Below are positions 20,712-30,817 of a DNA stretch of 44,206 nucleotides, piece after piece (positions within the stretch are counted from its first letter, which is position 1; each line of letters opens with the position of its first letter). This DNA is from an uncultured Muribaculaceae bacterium (GTDB taxonomy: Bacteria; Bacillota_I; Bacilli_A; RF39; UBA660), in assembly GCA_964454255.1 (NCBI GenBank), contig CAYVSY010000002.1, forward strand, positions 1-44,206. Reading direction: 5' to 3'. A program made the translations under genes and the position numbers. The notes under the pieces are model-generated. The model worked only from the letters and a program-made list of their open reading frames with translations, was not told the origin of the DNA and ran no database searches.

Positions 20712-21029
20712 TTATGCCTCCTCACATTTTTCCTTTAATGGAATACTATTTATATTAATTATTAGATTATCTACAATGTCATTTCCTCCAAGTTTTTTAT
20801 ATTCACGATATAATTCTAATATTATTTCTTTTTCTTCTATGGTAATGCAATTTTTATTTATTATAGAAAAATATTTTTCTATAATAAAATTTTTAATTAG
20901 TAATAGAATTGATAATCTATTAATTTCAACTGTTTTTAAGACTGTTTTAATTTTTTTATAATAATATAATAATAGAGCGGATATAATCGCAATAAAGCTC
21001 TCAATAAAGTATTTTAAAATTATTTCCAT
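20712..21029 (-). CDS. small single-TM protein (function unknown)
   Basis: AGGAAGTGA RBS precedes the ATG at 21029. N-terminal TM, then ...ITIEEKEIILELYREYKKLGGND..., which recalls small phage lysis-module-associated proteins (from memory only). Confidence 0.4.
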   Translation of the reverse strand: MEIILKYFIESFIAIISALLLYYYKKIKTVLKTVEINRLSILLLIKNFIIEKYFSIINKNCITIEEKEIILELYREYKKLGGNDIVDNLIININSIPLKEKCEEA

Positions 21030-21098
21030 GTTTTCACTTCCTAATATTGTATATGCAGGCAAGAAAAAAAGATATATTTAATTAATACAGGAATAATT

Positions 21099-24000
21099 TT
21101 ATTCTAATCCTTTATAATAATTATATCTTTTAATAGCCCATTCTTTTTGTGCTTCTAATAGTTTTTTATCTTTAGTGTTTATGTATCTATTTTGTGTTTT
21201 TAGAAAACTATCATACAGAGTAAAATCAATATCTTTAGAATCCATTGTAAATTTTAAATCTTTAGGATTATATCTGAAAATGGGAAAATATCCAGATTTG
21301 GTAGCTAAATAAGAATTTTCTAAACTTTCTTCCATACCATTTTTAATGCCGTGATTTATACATGGTGAATAAGCAATAATAATTGATGGACCATCATGTT
21401 CCTTGGCTTCTTTTAAGACTTTAAGATATTGTTCTTTATTATATCCGATGTTAACGGTGGCAACATAAGCATTAGGATAACACATGGCCATTCTAGCTAG
21501 ATCTTTTTTAAAATTTTGCTTTCCGTTTGATGTAAATTTTGATATAGAGCCAATATTAGATGATTTAGATGATTGACCGCCTGTGTTTGAATATACCTCA
21601 GTATCTAATATTAACATATTAATGTTATAGTTTGTTGATAAAACATGATCTAATCCATCAAAACCAATATCATAGGCAAAACCATCACCACCGATAATGA
21701 ATACATCTTTTGGTAATATATATTCTTTATATGTATTAAGAAATGGATATTTTCTATAATCTAGACTTTCATATACCTTTTTACAAATATTAAAATCATT
21801 TTTATTATTTAACCATAATTTAAATAATGTTTTATGTTCTTTTTCGGCCTCTTTTATTGTTAGTTGCATATATTTTTCGATTGATGTTCTAATATTATTA
21901 AAACCAACATACATTCCTAATCCATATTCAGCGTTATCTTCAAATAGTGAACTTGCCCAAGCAGTTTTATATGGCATTGATGGGACAGAACCACCATAAA
22001 TAGAGGAACAACCCGTAGCGTTAGCGATCACTAATGTATTATTAAATATTTGAGTTAAGTTTTTAATGTAGGCTGTTTCGCCACATCCGGCACATGCTCC
22101 ACTAAATTCGAAATTAGGCATGGTAAATTGAGAAAATTTAACATTAGGAATATTAGGACTTAATTTATTTAAGTTATCTTCAGTTAAATAATCAAAAATA
22201 TCTTGATTATGTTTTTCTTCATCATATGGTGTCATCTCCAGAGCTTTTTCATTTTTCTTTCCTGGGCATGCTTTAACACATAAACCACATCCAGTGCAAT
22301 CTTTATATGATATTGCGATAGCATAATCGGTTTCTTTCGGCATAATAGCTGGAATTGTTTCAACATCAATAGAATTGGTTAAAAATGGTCGTATAACGCT
22401 ATGTGGGCATACAAATGAACATTGATTACATTGAATACAGTTTTCTTTTTTCCAAGCAGGAACAATCTGACTAATGTTTCTTTTTTCTAAAATCGTTGTT
22501 CCTCCAGTAAATATACCATTTTTTTTATCAATAAAAGAACTTACAGGTAATGTATCTCCCTTTAAATTGTTTATTGTCTCTTCAAATGTTAAATCATTAT
22601 GGACATCATATGATAGATTTAACCAACTTTTTTGAACTTGTTGTTTTTTCAAATGTTTAAGTGATATATCAATAATTTTATTGTTGATATCTAAAACTTT
22701 TTTTCCTTTATTTTTGAATCTAATTTCATTTTGTTTTTTCATAATTGATTGAACTTTATACATATTGATAACATCAATTAATTTAAAAATACATATTTCT
22801 AAACAAGTATTTATTTTGTTTTTAAGTCCTAATTCATTGACAATTTTATAAGCATCAATGGTATATAGATTAATATTTTTTTTAGCTAATAGATATAAAA
22901 CTTTATTAGGTAATGATTTTATCAGTTCATCATACGAAAGATTAGTATTTAAAAGTAATGTTCCATTTTCTTTTATATTATCTAATATATCATATTTATA
23001 CATATAATTATCTTTACTTACAACAATTAATGTAGGATTTTCAACATAATATGTTGATTTAATTTCATTTTTTGAAATTCTAATATGACTTTTAGTAACG
23101 CCACCTGATTTTTTAGAATCATATTGAAAATATCCTTGAACATATTTTAAAGTATTATCTCCAATGATTTTAATTAAATCTTTTGAGGTAGAAACCATTC
23201 CATCTGATCCATATCCATAGAAAAGAAATTCTTGTTGTTTTGATTTAAATGAATAATTTTTATTTGTTGTTAAACTAAGATTAGTAACATCATCATTAAT
23301 ACCTATTGTCCAATTGTTAAAAAGTTTGTCATTTTCTAAATATTCAAAAATAGTGTAAATATCTTGCGGATTAACATTTTTACTTGATAATCCATATCGT
23401 CCACCATAGATTTTAATATTATAATCCTTTAAAGCATTAACAATATCTAAATATAATGGTTCACCATTAGAACCGGGTTCCTTTGTTCTATCTAAAACAG
23501 CTATTTTTTCAACTGTTTTAGGTATTTCTTTTAATAAATATTTTGAACTAAATGGTCTATATAAATGAACTTCAATTAAACCAAAATTTTTTCCTTCATG
23601 ATTTAAATAAGTAATTTGTTCTTTTATTGTTTCACAAACTGACCCCATCGCTACAATTATATTGGTAGCGGTTTTAGAACCATAATAATTAAAAGGTTTA
23701 TAATTTGATTCGTATAAAAGGTTTATATCTTTCATATAATTGTTAACAATTTCAACAGCATTATCATAATCTTTATTACGGGACTCAGTGTGTTGAAAAT
23801 AGATATCATCATTTTCGGCTGTTCCTCTTGTATTAGGATGATTAGGATTTAAAGCGTTTTCTTTTAATTTTTTCAAACTATCTTTATCTATTAATTTTTT
23901 AATTTCTAATTCGTTAATAAGTTTAATTTTTTGTATTTCATGACTTGTTCTAAAACCATCAAAAAAATGAATAAATGGTAAATGAGATTTTATAGCTGAC

Positions 24001-24470
24001 AAATGGGCTATATTAGATAAAATATAAGCATCTTGAACAGAGGATGAGGCTAATAAACATACACCAGTTTGTCTTGTAGCATAAATGTCTTGATGATCAC
24101 CAAATATACTAAGAGAATGAGTTGATAAACTTCGAGCGGCTACATGAATAACGGCTGGAAGCATTTCTCCAGATAATTTATATAGGGAAGGAATCATTAA
24201 TAGTAATCCTTGACTAGCAGTAAAAGTTGATGCTAAAACGCCTGTTTGAAGTGCACCATGAACTAAGGCTATAGCACCTTTTTCTGATTGCATTTCTACT
24301 ATCTCAACGGATTTGTTAAAATAATTCAATTTACCATCATTAGACCATTCATCTATATGTTCAGCTATTGGTGATGCTGGTGTAATAGGATATATTCCAC
24401 ATACTTCACTAAAATTATAACTTGATAACGCTACGGCTTCATTTGCGTCTAAGGTTTTAAATTTATCCAT
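21099..24470 (-). CDS. nifJ: pyruvate:ferredoxin (flavodoxin) oxidoreductase
   Basis: 1123 aa. Two ferredoxin-type clusters (CIQCNQCSFVCPH, CTGCGLCVKACP), TPP-binding GGDGFAYDIG, and SNTGGQSSK. Confidence 0.95.
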   Translation of the reverse strand: MDKFKTLDANEAVALSSYNFSEVCGIYPITPASPIAEHIDEWSNDGKLNYFNKSVEIVEMQSEKGAIALVHGALQTGVLASTFTASQGLLLMIPSLYKLSGEMLPAVIHVAARSLSTHSLSIFGDHQDIYATRQTGVCLLASSSVQDAYILSNIAHLSAIKSHLPFIHFFDGFRTSHEIQKIKLINELEIKKLIDKDSLKKLKENALNPNHPNTRGTAENDDIYFQHTESRNKDYDNAVEIVNNYMKDINLLYESNYKPFNYYGSKTATNIIVAMGSVCETIKEQITYLNHEGKNFGLIEVHLYRPFSSKYLLKEIPKTVEKIAVLDRTKEPGSNGEPLYLDIVNALKDYNIKIYGGRYGLSSKNVNPQDIYTIFEYLENDKLFNNWTIGINDDVTNLSLTTNKNYSFKSKQQEFLFYGYGSDGMVSTSKDLIKIIGDNTLKYVQGYFQYDSKKSGGVTKSHIRISKNEIKSTYYVENPTLIVVSKDNYMYKYDILDNIKENGTLLLNTNLSYDELIKSLPNKVLYLLAKKNINLYTIDAYKIVNELGLKNKINTCLEICIFKLIDVINMYKVQSIMKKQNEIRFKNKGKKVLDINNKIIDISLKHLKKQQVQKSWLNLSYDVHNDLTFEETINNLKGDTLPVSSFIDKKNGIFTGGTTILEKRNISQIVPAWKKENCIQCNQCSFVCPHSVIRPFLTNSIDVETIPAIMPKETDYAIAISYKDCTGCGLCVKACPGKKNEKALEMTPYDEEKHNQDIFDYLTEDNLNKLSPNIPNVKFSQFTMPNFEFSGACAGCGETAYIKNLTQIFNNTLVIANATGCSSIYGGSVPSMPYKTAWASSLFEDNAEYGLGMYVGFNNIRTSIEKYMQLTIKEAEKEHKTLFKLWLNNKNDFNICKKVYESLDYRKYPFLNTYKEYILPKDVFIIGGDGFAYDIGFDGLDHVLSTNYNINMLILDTEVYSNTGGQSSKSSNIGSISKFTSNGKQNFKKDLARMAMCYPNAYVATVNIGYNKEQYLKVLKEAKEHDGPSIIIAYSPCINHGIKNGMEESLENSYLATKSGYFPIFRYNPKDLKFTMDSKDIDFTLYDSFLKTQNRYINTKDKKLLEAQKEWAIKRYNYYKGLE

Positions 24471-24557
24471 AATCCACCACTTTCTATTTATATATATTAT
24501 ATTTTAACATATTTATTCAATTCTTACAATTTAAATCATATATTTAATTGGTGAAAT

Positions 24558-25754
24558 ATGAAAAAAATAATTATTATTGGTGCTGGTCATGGTGGTTTAT
24601 TAACTGGTTTTTTGTTATCTAAAAGTGGATATGATGTTAGTGTTTATGAGAAAAAGAAAAGAAGCCAACTAGGATATAATTTTATTGATTCATTTAATAT
24701 TAAATGTTTTTTAGATTGTGGTTTAAAACTGCCTAAAAAAATATTTTCTTCAATAAATATTATGTTTTTTAATAATAATATGTTTTATAAAATTATGAAA
24801 AAAAATAGTAATGTTGTTAGAATGCATCGAAAAGATATTTACGAATGGTTAATTAGTGAATGTAATAGAGTAGGTGTAAAAATTTTTTATTCAAAAAAAG
24901 TTAATAATATTATTAAGGATGGGAATAAAGTAATTGGAATTAGTTGTGAGAATAAAACAATATATGGTGATTTAATTATTGATTCATCAGGATTTAATAA
25001 TTTAAATATTATTGAAAATAATATTGATTCTAATGATATTTTTAATGTTTTTAGATATGTGTATAAAAGTTCTAGTATTAACGAATATAATGTTTATTTA
25101 AAACCAAATAATATAAAAGGAATATCATGGTTTTTGTCTGATAATAATTATATTGATATTTTAATTGGATGTTTTGGAAACATTCCAAATATTTTTAATC
25201 AAATTAATTATTTAAATGCTAGGAATAATTTAAAAAAAATAAAAGTTAATAAAGATAATATATATTATATTCCAGTTCGAGAGCCTTTAAGTTCAATTGT
25301 TTATAATAATTATGTTTTAATTGGTGATAAAGCCTGCATGATAGAACCTCTTAGTGGATCAGGATTATCAATATGCGCAATAGCATCTAAAATATTGTAT
25401 GAAACGATTATTAAATGTAAAAATTATAGTATTGATGAATTATATAATTATAATTATAATTATTTTAAAAAAATAGGAATAAAATTAGCAAAATTAGGAT
25501 TGTATAAATATTATTTATTAAATATTAATCAAAAACAATTAATAAACATTTTTAAATTAATAAATAAAAATAATATTAAATATGGAGTTAATTTATTATT
25601 TGATTTTAAATTTTTAAGAAATAGTATTAAGTTAGGATATAGGTATATATATTTAAATTATTTATTTTTAATAATGCCTAAAAAATATAATGAAAAATGG
25701 ATAAATAAATATAATAGATTTTTTGATAAAATAAAAAAAGAAACTTTTAATTAG
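24558..25754 (+). CDS. FAD-dependent oxidoreductase (geranylgeranyl-reductase-like)
   Basis: N-terminal IIIIGAGHGGLLTGFLLSKSGYDVSVYEKK Rossmann motif and GDKACMIEPLSGSG. The C-terminal third is low-complexity. Confidence 0.5.
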   Translation: MKKIIIIGAGHGGLLTGFLLSKSGYDVSVYEKKKRSQLGYNFIDSFNIKCFLDCGLKLPKKIFSSINIMFFNNNMFYKIMKKNSNVVRMHRKDIYEWLISECNRVGVKIFYSKKVNNIIKDGNKVIGISCENKTIYGDLIIDSSGFNNLNIIENNIDSNDIFNVFRYVYKSSSINEYNVYLKPNNIKGISWFLSDNNYIDILIGCFGNIPNIFNQINYLNARNNLKKIKVNKDNIYYIPVREPLSSIVYNNYVLIGDKACMIEPLSGSGLSICAIASKILYETIIKCKNYSIDELYNYNYNYFKKIGIKLAKLGLYKYYLLNINQKQLINIFKLINKNNIKYGVNLLFDFKFLRNSIKLGYRYIYLNYLFLIMPKKYNEKWINKYNRFFDKIKKETFN

Positions 25755-27057
25755 TTTCTTTAAGCTTTTTTTCTAACTTTTCTTCTAAAATATAAATGTT
25801 TTGACAACTCATAAATAATAAGACATCATTTTTATATTTTAATAATTCTGTTTCATCATTTAAAGTAATTAGTTTACCATTATTTAATTTTTCTAGTATT
25901 AAATTTGATGAAATATTAGGAAAATCGTTTTGTTTTTCTCTACCTTTTGGAATTTCTAAAATGTATTGAACATCAACTTCATTTAAAGCATCTGCAAATT
26001 CATTATAAAATTCTTTAACTCTAGAATATGTATTTGGCAAAAATAATGCAATTATTTTTTTATCTTTATATTTTTCTTTGGCTGATGCAATTGTTGCTTG
26101 AATTTCAGTAGGATGATGGGCATAATCATCAATAATTATAGTATTATTAACTATTTTTTCGGAAAATCTTCTTTTTGCTCCAGTAAAAGATTTAATGTTA
26201 TTAATTATATCTTCTTTTTTAATGTTTAATGAATAACTTGTTCCAATAACAGCTAAAGAATCCAATATCATGTGTTTTCCAAAAAAAGGAAGATAAAAAG
26301 TCCCATAAAAATCAGTTTTTATATAAACATCAAAGATAGTATAATTGTTATCAGTTCTAATATTTTTAGCAATTATATCATTATTATCATTAAAACCATA
26401 ATATAGTTTTTTAATGTTAATGTTTAAACTTCTAATATATTTATCATCACCACATATAATGGCTTTTTCTTTGGTGTTGTTTATTAGTGATTGATAAGCA
26501 TCAATCATGTCATTAATATCTTTATAGTAATCAACATGATCAAGTTCAATGTTGGTGATTATTGAATATGTTGGATCGTAAGCTAAAAAATGGCGACGAT
26601 ATTCACAAGCTTCAACTATAAAATGGTTGGAATTTTTATTTGCAAATCCAGTTCCATCACCAATTAAATAATTAGTTCCGATAGTATTTATTAAAACATG
26701 AGATAGCATGGAACTTGTTGTTGTTTTTCCATGGCAACCACTAACGCAAATTGTTTTTAGTTGTTTAGTTAATTCTCCTACAGCTTCATTGTATTTTAGT
26801 GTCTTTAAATTTTTATCCATACATCTTTTTAATTCTGGATGTTCACTTGTGAAGGCAGCACTATATATGACAATTTCATCTGTTAAGTTATATGTATTGT
26901 CATTAAAAATTTTTATGTTTCTTAATTTTAATTCGTCTTCTGTCCATTTATGTTCTTTATAGTCGTCGTATCCTATAATTTTGTTTCCTAAATCGTAAAG
27001 AATTGTCGCTAATGAACTCATTCCAGTTCCTTTAATACCGATAAAATAGTATTTCAT
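25747..27057 (-). CDS. murC: UDP-N-acetylmuramate--L-alanine ligase
   Basis: MKYYFIGIKGTGMSSLA, VSGCHGKTTTSSM, TNIELDHVDYY, DDYAHHPTEI. The ATG at 27057 lies 1 nt after the asnS stop. Confidence 0.9.
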   Translation of the reverse strand: MKYYFIGIKGTGMSSLATILYDLGNKIIGYDDYKEHKWTEDELKLRNIKIFNDNTYNLTDEIVIYSAAFTSEHPELKRCMDKNLKTLKYNEAVGELTKQLKTICVSGCHGKTTTSSMLSHVLINTIGTNYLIGDGTGFANKNSNHFIVEACEYRRHFLAYDPTYSIITNIELDHVDYYKDINDMIDAYQSLINNTKEKAIICGDDKYIRSLNINIKKLYYGFNDNNDIIAKNIRTDNNYTIFDVYIKTDFYGTFYLPFFGKHMILDSLAVIGTSYSLNIKKEDIINNIKSFTGAKRRFSEKIVNNTIIIDDYAHHPTEIQATIASAKEKYKDKKIIALFLPNTYSRVKEFYNEFADALNEVDVQYILEIPKGREKQNDFPNISSNLILEKLNNGKLITLNDETELLKYKNDVLLFMSCQNIYILEEKLEKKLKETN

Positions 27058-27058
27058 A

Positions 27059-28435
27059 TTAATACTCACAATTATTTGGTGTTCTTGGGAATGGAATAAC
27101 ATCTCTAATGTTTTCGACACCGGTAATATACATAATTAATCGTTCAAAACCAAGTCCAAATCCTGAATGGTAGCATCCACCATATTTTCGTAGGTTTGTG
27201 AACCATTTAAGATTTTCAATAGGGATATTCATTTCTTTCATTCTAGTAATTAATTTGTCATAATCATCTTCTCTTTGGCTTCCACCGATAAGTTCTCCTG
27301 CTCCTGGAACTTCTAGGTCAACAGCGGCTACTGTTTTTCCATCTGCATTTTGTTTCATATAAAAGGCTTTAATATTTTTTGGCCAATTAGTAATAAATAC
27401 TGGACCATTATAATATTCTGTTATATATTTTTCATGTTCTTTAGCAATATCTTCTCCATATTCGGGAGTAAATTCCCATTTTACTTTAGCATTTTTTAAT
27501 AAAGTAATGGCGTCATAATGAGAAATTCTAGTAAATTGACTATTAATTACTTTCTTTAATTTATTTAGTAGTCCTTTTTCTACAAAGTTATCAAAAAATT
27601 CTAATTCTAATTGACATTTATCAAGGACATAATTGATTATAAATTTTAGCATATCTTCTTCTATATCCATTAATTGATTTAAATCACAAAAGGCAATTTC
27701 TGGTTCAATCATCCAAAATTCATTAGCGTGAACTTTGGTATTAGAATTTTCGGTTCTCATTGTTGGTCCAAAAGTATATATTTTTTTATAGGCCATCGCA
27801 AATGCTTCACCATGTAATTGACCAGAGCCAGTAATATATGTTTCTTTTCCGAATAAATCTTTATTAAAATCCACTTTATTTTCATCATTTTTTGGAATGT
27901 TATTTAAATTAAGGGTAGTAACTTTAAACATTTGACCACTACCTTCACAATCTGTTCCTGTTATAATAGGACTATGAAAATATACATAGTTATTACTTTG
28001 AAAATATTCATGAATAGCCATTGCACAAATACTTCTAACTCTAAAAACGGCATTGAATAAGTTGGTTCGAGGTCTTAAATATGCTTGTTCACGAAGAAAT
28101 TCCATTGAATGTTTTTTGGGTTGAATGGGGTAATCTTCAGGGCAATCTCCTAAAACGTCAATTGCTTTAAGGTTTAATTCAAATTTTTGACCTTTTTTTG
28201 GAGATTCAACAAGAATTCCGCATACTTTAACAGCACTTCCTATTTTTATTTTATTAATGTTATTAAAATTGTTTAATTTATCAGTATAAATAACTTGTAG
28301 AGATTTAAAATATGTTCCATCAAATAAATCAATAAATCCCATTGCGCTTTGCTTACGATGATTTTTTATCCATCCTTCTATAATAATTTCTTTTCCAATA
28401 TAATCTTTTATATATAATTCTCTTATGTCAATCAT
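27059..28435 (-). CDS. asnS: asparagine--tRNA ligase
   Basis: Class IIb motifs: FRVRS, YTFGPTMRTENSNT..H..EFWMIEPE, GGSQRE, GFGLGFERL. Confidence 0.95.
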   Translation of the reverse strand: MIDIRELYIKDYIGKEIIIEGWIKNHRKQSAMGFIDLFDGTYFKSLQVIYTDKLNNFNNINKIKIGSAVKVCGILVESPKKGQKFELNLKAIDVLGDCPEDYPIQPKKHSMEFLREQAYLRPRTNLFNAVFRVRSICAMAIHEYFQSNNYVYFHSPIITGTDCEGSGQMFKVTTLNLNNIPKNDENKVDFNKDLFGKETYITGSGQLHGEAFAMAYKKIYTFGPTMRTENSNTKVHANEFWMIEPEIAFCDLNQLMDIEEDMLKFIINYVLDKCQLELEFFDNFVEKGLLNKLKKVINSQFTRISHYDAITLLKNAKVKWEFTPEYGEDIAKEHEKYITEYYNGPVFITNWPKNIKAFYMKQNADGKTVAAVDLEVPGAGELIGGSQREDDYDKLITRMKEMNIPIENLKWFTNLRKYGGCYHSGFGLGFERLIMYITGVENIRDVIPFPRTPNNCEY

Positions 28436-28471
28436 AATCTTCTTCCTCTCTTATTAAGATTATAATAAAAA

Positions 28472-28498
28472 ATAATAAAAAAAGCAACAAATTGCTTT
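28472..28498 (-). terminator. intrinsic terminator after the XRE gene
   Basis: Minus strand: AAAGCAA-tttg-TTGCTTT followed by a T run. Confidence 0.6.
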
Positions 28499-28501
28499 AA
28501 T

Positions 28502-28858
28502 CTATAACTTTAATTTCTTATTTATAAGTGTAATTGCTCTTTTAGGATCATTAATAATAAAACTATATAACTCAATGTTTCTTTTTAATTCTTTGTTAAT
28601 TTCAATATCTACTTCAGACATTGCTCCGACATATTCGCGTGTGTCTTCGCTGATTATTAATTTTTCAGTTCCTAACAGATAGTCAGCTGATACATTGAAT
28701 GTGCTCATAAGTAGCAATAATGTTTCAATACTTGGTGTTCTAATACCCGTTTCATATCCACTGATAGATACTTTTGTGACGCCAATCATATCACCTAATT
28801 CTTGTTGAGATAAATTTTTTTCTTTTCTTAAATCTCTGATTCTTTTTCCTACTAACAT
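28502..28858 (-). CDS. XRE-family helix-turn-helix transcriptional regulator
   Basis: MLVGKRIRDLRKEKNLSQQELGDMIGVTKVSISGYETGIRTPSIETLLLL. GAGGGA RBS precedes the ATG at 28858. Confidence 0.7.
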   Translation of the reverse strand: MLVGKRIRDLRKEKNLSQQELGDMIGVTKVSISGYETGIRTPSIETLLLLMSTFNVSADYLLGTEKLIISEDTREYVGAMSEVDIEINKELKRNIELYSFIINDPKRAITLINKKLKL

Positions 28859-29019
28859 ATTTAATCCCTCTCTATCTAAGGACATTGTAATATAGAAAGA
28901 TTGGCAATCGAACAATGTTAACTAATAAGTTACATTTTATTAACAATTGGTTATGACAGTCAAGATCGATGTAAAATTAATAACAAATGTTTAAAATGTT
29001 ATATCAATATAAAAACAGA

Positions 29020-29406
29020 TTATTCATCTGTTTTCTTGCTTTTTTTATTATTTTTTTCACTTGTATCTTCATCGTTATCGGAATGTGCTTTTGACGATAA
29101 GAATGTTACTCGTTCGGCAATTACTTCAGTGCATTTTCTTTTAGAACCGTCAGCATTATCGATTAATTGTGATTGCAATCTTCCTTTAACACCTAATAAA
29201 TCGCCTTTTTTAGTGTATTCTGTAGTCGATTCTGCTATTCCTGTCCATAATGTGCAATCAATGAAATCGGTTTCATATTCGCCATTAATGTTTTTAAAAC
29301 TTCTTGGAACAGCTAAAGTAATATTTGTTACTTTTTTGCCTTGATCAGTTAATTTTAATTCTGGATCTTTAACTAATCTTCCTACTATTACTGTTTGATT
29401 CAACAT
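29020..29406 (-). CDS. ssb: single-stranded DNA-binding protein paralog (SsbB-like; no acidic D-x-P-F tip)
   Basis: MLNQTVIVGRLVKDPELK...TDFIDCTLWTGIAE...GDLLGVKGRLQS OB-fold. The C-terminus ends ...KNNKKSKKTDE. Confidence 0.8.
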   Translation of the reverse strand: MLNQTVIVGRLVKDPELKLTDQGKKVTNITLAVPRSFKNINGEYETDFIDCTLWTGIAESTTEYTKKGDLLGVKGRLQSQLIDNADGSKRKCTEVIAERVTFLSSKAHSDNDEDTSEKNNKKSKKTDE

Positions 29407-29565
29407 ATTTTCCCTCCTTCAATGACAATATAACATATAAAAAAAGCCTTTACAAACGGCTAAAAATAATTTTTTTTTTATAATATTTTACAAAAAAACA
29501 AGCTTTGTTTATTAAAAACTCTTTTTTGTTTTCTTTTAATATACAGATACACTTGTTTTGTTAAA

Positions 29566-30465
29566 TCAATACTTTAATTCATTTTTAATACTATTAGCAA
29601 TGGCATCAGCAAATTTGTCTTTGCTATTAACAATTAAATTTAAATCATTATTGTTGATAATATAACCTAATTCAATAATATAACTTTCTAATCCGATAGC
29701 GCTATTATAGTGTTTATTAAATTCATTTTTTTCAATACTTCCATCAACATAAGCACCGGTTACTATTCCACCAGTTTCTCGAATCATAAAATAATAAGCT
29801 GAGTTTGTTGTTTTTAATGAATATTTTTGATCGGAATTATTTATTTCTGTTTGTTTAAATTGTCTTGTATAAACACCATTATATTTTTTAAATCCCATAT
29901 TATTGGAGTATTCTATTCCAGTATTGTTAACAATATTATCAACAATACTTCTAGCAAAAGTATAATCAATATTATTTGGGGTATATATTTCAACACCATA
30001 TTTGTTTTTATTTTCATGGCTATTTAAATGAATTGAAAATAAATATTTGGCACCACTACTGATAGCATTATCTATTCTACCATTATCTCCATAATTTTCT
30101 AGATAAATATCTGCTTGTCTAGTCATTAGGACTTTAAGTCCGATATTTTCTAATTTTTCTTTTAGTATTTCTGATATTTGTAATGTTAAAGTTTTTTCTA
30201 ATGTTGATTCATTATGTGCTCCGCCGTCTCTTCCACCATGACCAGGATCAATCGCAATATCATAAATTTCATTATTAGTATTGTTACTGATATTTAATGA
30301 TAATGTTTGGTCTTCGTTTTCACTGTTAACAATAATTTCATTATTATATTTAGATAATGTATAATATGTTAAATTATTATATTTTGTTTCATTTTTTAGG
30401 GAATAATATTTAGTAATTGTATTTCCTTCATTTTCATATTCTACTTTAATAAAAAATTTATTCAT
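29566..30465 (-). CDS. N-acetylmuramoyl-L-alanine amidase (Amidase_3); minimal ATG-initiated ORF
   Basis: IDPGHGGRDGGA, FSIHLNSH, ESYIIELGYIINN. The frame stays open for 120 more codons upstream (see findings). Confidence 0.8.
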   Translation of the reverse strand: MNKFFIKVEYENEGNTITKYYSLKNETKYNNLTYYTLSKYNNEIIVNSENEDQTLSLNISNNTNNEIYDIAIDPGHGGRDGGAHNESTLEKTLTLQISEILKEKLENIGLKVLMTRQADIYLENYGDNGRIDNAISSGAKYLFSIHLNSHENKNKYGVEIYTPNNIDYTFARSIVDNIVNNTGIEYSNNMGFKKYNGVYTRQFKQTEINNSDQKYSLKTTNSAYYFMIRETGGIVTGAYVDGSIEKNEFNKHYNSAIGLESYIIELGYIINNNDLNLIVNSKDKFADAIANSIKNELKY

Positions 30466-30817
30466 TCCTTTTTCAATATCATCAAGATATAATCCATCAT
30501 TTATTAAATCACTTATATTGAATAAAATAATTTTATTATCATTATCTTTGTTAAAAATACATTTTATTGTTTTTATATCATTATTGTAAATTATTAATTC
30601 AATATTTTTATATTCAATATCTTCTAAATTAATATGACCATATATGTTTAAATGATTACCATATATATATAATTTATTTATTATTCCGTTTTCTTTTTCA
30701 GGCGTTATTATAAGTGGTTCTTTTGATTCTTTTTTTGGTGTATAGGTGTTATATATATAGTATATAGCGCCGGCTATGAATAAAAAAAGAATAAAATATA
30801 TTAATTTTTTGATAATA

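Noticed and set aside
28909-28922. CGAACAATGTTAAC upstream of the XRE gene as a LexA (Cheo) box.
   Set aside because: Only the left half-site matches. The right half does not give GTTC at N4 spacing.
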